Below, one piece after another: positions 14,022-25,549 of a stretch of DNA of 64,000 nucleotides (positions within the stretch are counted from its first letter, which is position 1; every line of letters begins with the position of its first letter). The notes beneath the pieces are model-generated. The model made no database searches. It had not been told where the DNA came from and saw nothing but the letters and a program-made list of their open reading frames with translations. Position numbers and translations under genes: made by a program. The DNA comes from the human T2T-CHM13v2.0 reference genome, Homo sapiens. Where the stretch lies: NCBI RefSeq assembly GCF_009914755.1, contig NC_060926.1, one strand, 5' to 3'.

Positions 14022-14580
14022 TGGTTATGTATTGCAGCCTAATAAAGTAACCCACAACTTAGTGGCATAAGATAAGAACAATTTTATCACATCTGATGAT
14101 TTGGGGGATTGGGAATTCAGGCATGGCTTCATTGGATTGGACAATTCTCTGTACTCTTGAGGCATTGACTCATACCTCATGCAACAGATGGAGTGGATGA
14201 GCCAGGACACTATCTCATGACGTGACACCCTTGGTGGGGAAGGATGAAGGGCTGGGCTTACTGGGACTATTTACCAAAGTGCCTCCCCACCCCAGGTAAT
14301 CTCAGTGTAGTCTAACTTCTGATATGGTGCCTCAAGGGTACAAGAGAGGAGGTTTCAAGGGACAAAAATAATGAAGGTGTTAGTGTCTAAAGGCCTGTGC
14401 CTAGAAATTAGCACAGCATCATTTCTACCTATTCCATTGGTAAAACAGTCACTGAAACCTCAGATTCAAAGGAAAGGGAGTTAGATCTCCTACATGGCTG
14501 CTCAGCAAAAGTATTCCAAGAATCAAGAAGGAAGCTGTCAGTCTCTTAAGGCCTGGGCCTGGAAACTGGCAGAATATCTT
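14022..14580 (-). mobile_element. Old MaLR LTR (MLT1H/I-like); terminal part at 15590-15720
   Basis: aagtaacccacaacttagtggcataag...gggaattcaggcatggctt...ggcctgggcctggaaactggca; tgtcacttctgccatattct...ctatcaca at 15594-15719. Confidence 0.65.
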
Positions 14581-14639
14581 GAATTAATGCACAAGATCAA
14601 GCTGTCAAATGAAACTCATAAGTGAAAGATTTTACACAG

Positions 14640-14989
14640 TGTCTTAGTCAGCTTGGGCTGTCATAACAAAATACCATAGACTGGTTTGCTTAAAAGCAGT
14701 AATTTATTCTTAAAAATATGGAGTCTAGGAAGGCCAAAACCAACATTTGAGTTAATTTGGGTCCTGGTGAGAGCCCTCCTCCTGGCTTACAGATGGCTGT
14801 CTTCTCATTGTGTCCTCACATGGCTGAGAGAGAAAGCAAGCTCTCTGGTGTCTCTTCTTATAAGTGCACTAATCCCACCATGAGGGCCCCACCCTCACAA
14901 CCTCATTTAACTCTAATTACTTCCCAAAGGCCCTATCTCCAAATACAGTCACATTGTGGGTTAGGGTGGACAAAATTCAGTCCACAGCA
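14640..14989 (-). mobile_element. MLT1A0-like MaLR LTR
   Basis: tgtcttagtcagcttgggctgtcataacaaaataccatagactgg...gtcctcacatggc...aattcagtccacagca. Confidence 0.85.
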
Positions 14990-15935
14990 CCCAATAGCAA
15001 GCTTTGCTAATTGTGTCAAAGATACAGGTAATTGAGAGATTCATGCAATGTGGAGTGATCTAGTAATGTCAAGGGCATTCCTGCAAATCGTTTCCTTCTG
15101 CATCAGAAATATATCTCTAATGCACAACAAAAGATGCAGTTTTTCAACTGAGCAGTCCTGGGGCAAGAACATGTTGTTCTTACCTGAAATTCAGTGTTTT
15201 TCGTAAATATACTTTTCCTTTCTTGAATACCTTTGCTTGATTCCCAGAGTGCTAAAACTGATTGCTTTTGACAGTTCTGCCCAGCTTATACTCAATAGAA
15301 TTGTATGGTTTTTATGACATTTCTTTTATGACATTTCCCAAGAAGCCCAACATCACAGATTACTTTTGTCTCTCTCTCTTTTTTTTTTTACTCAAAATGA
15401 TCTTTTAGTTAGAGAACATTCTGCTGAGGGGTTTCAAAAAACACAATCTCTTTTTCTTAGTAAATATTAGTTTATATACCCAAGGTCCCAGACATTAGAC
15501 CAGGTACACTGCATTTATTTCTCCCCAGGGACATGCCCCTGGTGAAGGGAGTTAATAAATCACAAGCCAATTCTGTTGATCTTTTTTTTCCCATGTCACT
15601 TCTGCCATATTCTAGTTGTTAAAGCAGTCACTGTATCCAGCCTAGATTTAAAAGGAGGAAAATTAGATTGAATTTTCAATAAGTGCCCAAAATCTTGGCA
15701 GACATTTTGATCTATCACACTCCTGTTGTCCATTTATTTATTTACTTATATATTTTAGTCACTTTCTGGCACATCAGCTCAATTATTCTTTTCAAGTCTT
15801 ATAGTGAGCATTATTGCTAGCCTTATCTTTTAATTTCTAAGAGCTCATTTTATTTTTCAAATGCTTTAATTTGTAACATTTTTAATGTAATTAATGTTTC
15901 TATTCTTATTTTTCTGGGGAGATTAATGACAACTT

Positions 15936-16050
15936 TATGTATGTGTGTATATATTTATATATGTGTGTACATATATGTATAGGTATATATAAAAATATAT
16001 AAACATAAATATAAATATACAAGTAAATTTTTTATGTGTATAACATATAG
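15936..16050. repeat. Degenerate (TA/TG)-rich low-complexity tract
   Basis: tatgtatgtgtgtatatatttatatatgtgtgtacatatatg... Confidence 0.8.
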
Positions 16051-18188
16051 GTATGTCACCATTTTCTTTTTCTTGAATAATTTCTTTCTCTTGTTGATTT
16101 TGTCTACTGATTAATTTTTGTAGGTACATAGTAGGTGTTTATATTTATGGAGTACAAGAGATGTTTTGATACAGGCATGAAACGTGAAATAAGCACATCA
16201 TAGAGAATAGGGGATCCATCCACTGAAGCATTTTTCCATTGAGTTGCAAACAATCCAACTATACTCTTTAGTTATTAAAATGTACTGTTAAGTCATTATT
16301 AACTATAGTCACCCTGTTGTGCTATCAAATAGTAAGCCCTATTTATTCTTTCTAAATTTTTTTTTCCCATTAACCATCCGCACCTACTGCCCCACCCCAG
16401 CCCCCCAACTAGCTTTCCCATCCTTCTTCTCTTTATGTCCATGAGTTCAATTGTTTGATTTTTAGATCCCACAAATATGTGAGAACATGTGATATTTGTA
16501 TTTTTGTGCCTCACTTGTTTCACTTAACATAGTGACCTCCAATTTCATCCATGTTGTTGCAAATAACTGGATCTCATTTTTTTCATAGCTTACTAGTACT
16601 CCATTGGGTATATGTACCACATTTTTTTATTCATTTATCTGCTGATGGAAACTTAGGTTGTTTCAAATGTTGGCCATTATAATCAGGGCTGCAACAAACA
16701 GGAGTGCAGATATCTCTTCAATATACTGATTGACTTTCTTCTGGGTATATACCCAGCAGTGGGAGTGCTGGATAATATGGTAGCTCTATTTTAAGTTTTT
16801 TGAGGGACTCCCAAACTGTTCTCCATAGTGGTTGTACTAATTTACATTCCCACCAACAGTGTACAAGGGTTCCCTTTTCTCCACATCCTCATTAGCATTT
16901 GTTATTTTCTGTCTTTCTGATATAAGCTATTTTAACTGGGATGAGATGATATCTTTATTGTAGTTTTTATTTGCATTTATCTGATGATCAATGATGTTTA
17001 GCACCTTTTCTTATGCTTGTTTTCCATTTTTATGTTTTTTCTTGAGAAATGTCTCTTCAAATTCTTTGCCCATCTTTAGATTGGATTATTAGACTTTTTT
17101 CTATAGAATTGTTTGTGCTCCTTATATATCCTGGTTATTAATTCCTTATCAAAGGGGTAGTTTGCAAATATTTTCTCCCATTCTTTGGGTTGTCTCTTCA
17201 CTTTGTTAATTGTATTCTTTGCTGTGGAGAAGCTTTTTAATTTGATGTGATACCATTTGTCCGTGTTTGCTTTGGTTGTCTGTGCTTGTGTGGTATTGCT
17301 CAAGAAACTTTTTGGTTATTCTGGGTCTTTTGTGGTTCCATATAAATTTTAGGACTGTTTTTTCTGTATCTATGAAGAATGTTATTGGTATTTTGATAGG
17401 GATTGCATTGAATCTGTAGACTGCTTTGGGTAATATGAACATTTTAACAATATTATTGCAACCCATGAACATGGAATATTTTTTAATTTTTTGGTGTCCT
17501 CTTCAATTTCTTTCATCAGTATTTCATTATTTTTATTATAGAGATCTTTCACGTGTTTGGTTAACTTCTATGTATTTAATTGTATGTGTAGCTACTGCAA
17601 ATGGAATAACTTCCTAAGTTTCTTTTTCACATTGTTACTTTTGACATATAGCAATGCTAATTTTTTATGTTGATTATGTATCCTGCAACTTTACTGAATT
17701 GTTTATTCATTCTAATAGTTTTCTTGTGGAGTCTTCAGGTTTTTTCAAATATAAGATTATATCATCTGCAAACAAGAATAATTTGATTTCTTCCTTTTCA
17801 ATTTGGATGCCCTTTTATATTTTTCTCATGTCTAGTTGCTTTAACTAGGATTTCCAGTACTTTGTTAAATAACGGTGCTGACAGTGGGCATCCTTGTTGA
17901 GTTCCAGATCTTAGAGGAAAGGCTTTCAGTTTTTTTCTCATTCATTATCATACTAGCTGTGGGTATGTTATATATGGCTTTTATTATGTTGAAGTATGTT
18001 CCTTCTTTCCTTAGTTTTTTGAGGGTTTCTATCATGAAGGTATATTGAGTTTTATCAAAAGCTTTTTCAGCATCAATTGAAATGATTATGTGTTTTTTCC
18101 CTCATTCTGTTGATATCATGTATCACATTGAGTGATTTGTATATGTTGAACCATCCTTGCATTCCAGGGATAAATTGCGCTTGGTCAT

Positions 18189-18553
18189 TAATATGGTTTG
18201 GCTGTGTCTCCACCCAGATCTCATATTGAATTGTAGTTCTCATAATCCCTACCTACTGTGGGAGAGACCCAGTGGAATTGAATAATGGCAACAGTTACAC
18301 CCATGCTGTTCTTCTGAGAGTGAGCTCTCACAAGATCTGATGGTTTTATAAGGAGCTTTTACCCCTTTGCTTGGCACTTCTCTCTCCTGCTGTGCTGTGA
18401 AAAAGGACATGTTTGGTTCCCTTTCTGCCATGATTGCAAGTTTCCTGAAGCCTCCTCAGCCATGTGGAATTGTGAGTCAATTAAACCTCTTTTCTTCACA
18501 AATTATCCACTCTTGGGTATTTCTTCATAGCAGCATGAGAAAGGACTAATACT
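18189..18553 (+). mobile_element. THE1C/D solo MaLR LTR inserted in L1 ORF2
   Basis: atatggtttggctgtgtctccaccca...gtgagtcaattaaacctc...ggactaatac; perfect 5-bp TSD GTCAT. Confidence 0.93.
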
Positions 18554-20287
18554 GTCATAATGAATAATCTTTCTAATGTGTTGCTGAATTTGGTTAACTA
18601 GTGTTTTGTTGAGAATTTGTGCATCAATATTCATCTGATATATTGGCTTATAGTTTTCTTTTTTTGATATGTCTTTATCTGGTTTTGGTGTCAGGGTAAT
18701 ATGGTCTTCATAGAATGAGTTTGGAAGTATTTCCTTCTCCTCTTTTTTTTGGAATACTTTAAGTAGGATTGGTATTGACTCTTATTTAAATATTTGGTAG
18801 AATTCAGCAGTGAACTCATTGGGTCCCAAGCTTTACTTTACTTGGAGACTTTTTATTACGGCTTCAATCTTGTTACTTGTTATTGCTCTGTTAGGTTTTT
18901 AATTTCTTCCTGGTTCAACCTTGGTAGGTTTTATGTGTCCAGGACATTGTCTGTTACTTCTAGATTTTCCAATTTATTGGTATATACTTGCTCATAGTAG
19001 CCACTATTAATACTTTAAGTTTCTTCACTATCAGTTGTAATGTATCCATTTTTGTTTCTTGTTTTATTTATTTGGGTCTTCCTTCTTTTTTCTTAGTTAG
19101 TCTGGATAAAAGTTTGTCAATTTTGTTTAATTTTTCAAAAAAACAACTTTTTGTTTCATTGTTTTTTTGTACTGTTTTATTTTAATTTCATTTATTCTGC
19201 GCTGATCTTTATTATTTTTTCTGTTAATTTTGAGTTTGAGTTTTGATTTTTTTAATCTGTTTATCCAGTCTGTGTGTCTTGATTGGAAAATTTATTCCAT
19301 TTACAGTCAGTATTATTATTATTTATATTATTATAAATATTTATATATTATTTATTTATGGTTTTTAAGATGTATCATTAGGTTGTTTATTGAAGTTCTT
19401 TCTGTTTTTTGATGTAGGCACTTAGAGCTATAAACTTTCCTCTTAGAACTGTTTTTGCTATGTCCATAGGTTTTGTTATGTTGTGTTTTGATTATTATTG
19501 GTTTCAAAAAATTTTCCATTTTCTTCTTAATTTCTCCATTGACACAGTGGTCATTCAAGAGCATATTGTTTAATTTCCCTGTAGTTGTATAGTTTCCAAA
19601 ATTCCTCTTGTTTTTGACTGTTAGTTTTATTCCATTGTGGTCAGAGAGGATGCTTGATATTATTTCAATTTATTTAAATGTTTTAAGACTTGTTTTGTGG
19701 CAAGTCTATCCTTGAGAATAATCAATGTGCTGAGGAAAACAATGTGTATGCTGCAGCTCTTAGATGAAATGTTCCATAAGTATCTATTAGATCTCTTTGA
19801 TCTATAGTGCTAATTAAATCTGATGTTTCTTTGTTGATTTTTTGTCTGGAAGTTCTATCCATTGCCAAAAGTGAGATGTTGAAGTCTCCAGCTGTTATTG
19901 TTTTGGATCCTATCTCTTTCTTTAGGGCTAAGAATATTTGCTTTATATATCTGGGCACTCCAGAGTTGGTTGCATCTGTATTGATTTGTTATATCCTCTT
20001 GCTGAATTGACCCCTCTATCATTATATAGTCACCTTCTTTGTCTGTTATAGTTTTTGTCTTGAAATCTAATTTGTCTGATGTAAGTGTAGTGACCCTGCT
20101 GTTTTTGGTTTCCATTGGCATGGGCTATGTTTTTCCATCTCTATTACTAGTCTATGTGTTTCTTTATAGGTGAAGTGTGTTTCTTGTAGGCAACAGATCA
20201 ATGGGTGTGTTGATTTTTTTTTTTAATCCATTTATCCAGTCTGTGTGTTTTGATTGGAAAATTTATTCCATTTACAGTCAGTATTAT

Positions 20288-20441
20288 TTTTTATTATTAT
20301 TATTATTTTTATTATTATTATTCTTTGAGCTGGAGTCTCACTTTGTCACCCAGGCTGGAGTGCAGTGGTGCGATCTTGGCTTACTGCAACCTCTGACTCT
20401 CAAAAAGTACTGGGATTACAGGAATGAGCCACTGTGCAACC
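20288..20441 (-). mobile_element. Internally deleted (arm-fused) Alu with (ATT)n tail
   Basis: Right-arm gagtctc...gcaacctctgactc joined to left-arm aaaaagtactgggattacagg...gagccactgtgc; TSD tttacagtcagtattatt. Confidence 0.88.
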
Positions 20442-20843
20442 AATTTACAGTCAGTATTATTATTGATAAGTAAGGACTTACTCTTGCCATTTTGTTATTT
20501 GTTCTCTGGTTGTTGTGTGGTCTTCTCTTCCTTCTTTCTTTCATTCCTATTTTCCTCTTGTGAAGATGATTTTCTCTGGTGATATGACTTAGTTTCTTGC
20601 TTTTTGTTTTTTGTGTATCCATTGTATTTTTTTTGGTTTGAGGTTACCTTAAGGCTTGCAAATATTATCTTATAACCCATTATTTTAAGCTGATAACAGT
20701 ATAACACTACTTGCATAAACGAACAAACAAATGAGTGAAAAGACAACTAATAAAACCTCACATTAACTTAATCCTTCTGCTTTTTAAAATTTTGTTGTTT
20801 CTGCTTATATCTTATTGTTTTAACTGTGTCTTAAAAACTTGCT

Positions 20844-21146
<303 letters not shown>

Positions 21147-21741
21147 AAAGTTGTCGTTATCATTTTTGATTGGTTCATTGTTTCTTCATTCTACTTAGGA
21201 CAAGAATAGTTTACACACTACAGTTACAGTATTATAAAATTCTGTTTTTTTTGTGTGTGTACTTACTATTATTAGTAAGTTTTGTACCTTTCAGTGATTA
21301 TTTAATGCTCACTAATGTCCTTTTCTTTCTGATTGTAGTACTTCCTTTGGCATTTCTCATAGGACAGGTCTGAAATTGATGAAATCCCTCAGCTTTGGTT
21401 TGTCTGAGCAAGTTTTTATTTCTCCTTCATGTTTGAAGTTTGTTTTTGCTGGATACACTATTCTAGAGTAAAGGTGTTTTTTGTTTTTGTTTTTGTTTTT
21501 TCCTTCAACACTTTAAATATGTCATACCACTGTCTCCTGGGCTATAAGATATTCACTGAAAAGTCAGCTGCCAGACGTATTGGAGCTTCATTGTGTGTCA
21601 TTTGTTTCTTTTGTCTTGCTGCTTTTAGGAGCCTTTCTTTATCCTTGACATTTGAGAATTCGATTATAAGATGCCTTGGGGTAGTCTTCTTTGGGTTAAA
21701 TGTGCTTAGTGTTCTATGACCTTCTTGTACTTGGATATTGA

Positions 21742-22040
<299 letters not shown>

Positions 22041-25000
22041 GTTACTATTCTTTTGAATGAAATTTCTACCCCTATCTTTTTCTCTACTTCCTCTTTAAGG
22101 CCAATAACTCTTGAACTTACCCTTTTGAAGCTATTTTTTAGATTTTATGGGTGTACTTCATTTTTTTTTTCTTGTATCTCCTCTGACCGTGTATTTTCAA
22201 ATAGCCTGTTTTCAGGCCCACTAATTCTTTCTTCTGCTTGACTGATTCTGCTATTAAAGGATTTGAATGAATTCTTCAGTATGCCAATTGCATTTTGCTC
22301 CAGAATTACTGCTTAATTCTTTTAAATTATTTGAATCTCTTTGTTAAGTTTATTTGATAGAATTCTAAATTCCTTCTGTGTGTTCTCTTGAATTTCTTTA
22401 AGTTTCCTGAACAAACCTATTTTGAATTCTCTATCTGAAAGTTCACATATCTCTGTTTCTCCAGGATTGGTCCCTGGTGCCTTACTTAGTTCATTTGGTT
22501 GAGGTAATGTTTCCCAGATAGTGTTGATGCTAGTAGATGTTCTTTGGTGTCTGGGCATTAAAGAATTTGGTATATATTATAGTCTTCATTGTCTGGACTT
22601 ATTTGTAGCTGTCCTTCTTGGGAAGGCTTTCCAGATATTTGAAAGGACTTGGGTGTTGTGATCTAAGCTGCTTCTGCTTTATGGGCCACCCCAAGCTCAG
22701 TAATACTATGGTTCTTGCAGACTGATAGAGGTATTGCCTTGATGATCTTGGACAAGATCCAGGAGAATTATCTGGCTTACCTGGCAGAGACTCTTGTTTT
22801 CTTCTCTTACTTTCTTTCTCTTTCTTTCTCTCTCCATCTCTGTTCTGAGCCATCTAAATCTGGGGGGTGGAGTGATACAAACACACCTGCAGCCACCACC
22901 ACTATGACTGTGCTGAGTCTCTCGCAATGCCTGCCTTAACCACTCTCTGGCTACTGCCTATGTTTGCTCAAGGCCCTAGGGCTCTACAATCAGCAGATGG
23001 CAAAGCCAGCTAGGCCTTTTTCCTTCCATTCAGGGCAATGAGGTCCCCCAAGCCCTGGGTGGGTCCAGAAGTGCCATCTGGGAGTCAGGGACTACAGTCA
23101 AAAACCTCAGAAGTCTACCTGGTATTCTATTATATTGCGGCCAAACCAGTACTCAAACCACAAAACTCAGTTCTTCCCACTCTTCCTTCCTTTTCGAAAG
23201 GAAAAGAGTGAGAAATCTCACCACATAGCCAATGCCAGCCCTAGCCATGAGGAGTACTGTCAGACTACCACCAATGTTCCCTTAAGGTCTAAGGGCTTTT
23301 AAGTCAGCTTATGGTGAATGCTGCCTGGTCTAGGACCCACCCTTCAGGGCAGTGGGCACCTCTGTGGTCCAGGGCAGTTTTATAAATGCTGTCCAAGAGT
23401 GAAGTCCTGAAATTAGAGACCCCATGAGCCTACTTGGTGCTCCATCCTCCTTGTGGTGGTGTTGGTACCTGAAGTCAGCAAGTCTCAGAGGCTCACCAGG
23501 GCCTTCAATGTAGTACCTCATATTGCTGCTGGTTATTCAGGGCCCAAGGGCTCTTCAGTAAGCAGGTGATAAATGCTGCCAGGAATACATTCTTTCCTTC
23601 AAGGCAGTGGGTCCCCTTGTAGCTCAGTGTGCATCTAGAAATGTCTGGGAGCTAGGGCCTGGAAGCAGGAGCCTCATGACTATCCTGCTGTGGCTGAGCT
23701 TGTATCCAAGATAAAAGGCAAAGTCCTTCTGATTCTCCTTCTCTTCTCCTCAAATGGAAGGAAGAGGTCTCTTGTGCATCCATAAGCTGTGCATCTTGGG
23801 GTCAGAGAAGGGGTGATGTCAGCACTCCCTTGGTTGCCCCAGCTGGTGTCTCACTATATCAGGGCGCCCGCGCCCGCCTCCTCATAGTCTACTGTCTCTG
23901 GGCCTAGTTCTGCCCTAGGACTCACCTAAGAGTTGCAGTCCTTATGGACCAAACTGTCTTTCAAGTTTACTTATATATCAAGAGCACTTTGGCCCTCAAT
24001 GGTGAGGTTTGTAGGCACTCAAGTTCAGGTCGCTGAATAGACTATTCCCTTCTTACTAGAGCTGATTTAATGATCCTTCTGTGGGTAGGCATCAGCTGAG
24101 TTTGGTCTGGTTTTCCTTTCTGCTCTAACAGAACAGACTGAGTTCAGTGCCTTATTATTGCTGTGTTCTCCTTTCCCCAGTGCCCAGAGACTTTCTCTGA
24201 GCCATACCATATCTGCTGGTGGTAGCGGAGGGGTGGCGTCAGTGATTCAGGAGAGTTTTTTCTATCTTTTTGGTGCCTCCTTCAGCAATATGAAGTTAAA
24301 ACCAGGTACTATGAGCACTTGTCTGATTTTTGTGTCTTATTAATGTGTTTTCTCTGTGGAAATAGTTGTTAACTTGGTGTCTTTTGGGGGAGGACAATCA
24401 GTGGAGCTTTCTATTCTGTCATCTTGCTTGGTACTATTGTCTATTGTTTTTATTTCTAATGGGAGCAATTCTTGACAGTCTACCCTTTGCAGGAGTAGGG
24501 TACTAAAAAGTTTCTTGCAAACTCTGAGCACAGAGATAGATCTTATAATATTTAAGTTTTAGCACGTGACAATCACTTGGACCATTATATGGTACCTCAG
24601 TGTTAACTTTAGGTTTGGTGTTGGTAAGATTTCTTGAATTCTCTGCAGGTAGTTATATAATTCTGCATCATTCTGTGAGCCTGAGTCAAGGAAGAGAACT
24701 TGGAGCACCAATATCCAATAGTCAGAATATATCAATCCCCTACTGCTGGTATGGTACTCACATATATAATTGAGCTATTTGTCCTCTTATCAAATCTCTT
24801 CTCTTTTATTCTCTCCATAGCATAAACCTGTCATCTGCCAGAGGTCATTTATAGAGTAAATGCAACACCTTTTAGCATATTCTTCGTGTTTTAGCCATTT
24901 CCTTCATTCCAAAGGTAACTGGTTTTACCAATTCTTGAGCTTTTTGAAGACTTTATGATAGTTCTCAGCTTTCTCAACTACTGATTTAGGATTACACTTC

Positions 25001-25549
25001 CCTGAGTCTGCTAAGAGATTATTCCTCCACCCTTTTCTCAGTTTCAAAATTTTCTTATTATAGCTTCCTTTCCTGTTCTCCCTCCCCTTGTGGATTTATA
25101 CATTTTTAAATAATTTCTTTATAGTTGCTGTAGTGAGATTTAGGATTGGAGCAAAACTAGTTATATACATTTGGTCCCTTACCTTAACCTTGATGTTTCC
25201 CATCCCATTAATATTGAATTGAATAGTTGTCTCTATATAAGGAAAAGAAATGTATTGAAGTATTTACACATACACACACATAAACATCCTAGTTGGTTGA
25301 ACTGATTATACAATGTTAAATAACTCATTTGATACTTCATTTTAATTAGACACATATTTACTTTGCTAGTGGAATATTTAGGCCTAGACAAAATATTGGA
25401 GTTTCTCATATTGCTAGTTTTTTTTTTCCATCCTCTAAGTTTTTTCCTAAAGAGAATCAATTGATATGATTCAAAATAAAAATAATCCACAGGAAACCTC
25501 ATTAGACATCTTCTATATTATTGGGTCCTGCTTTTAAAGATCTATAATA

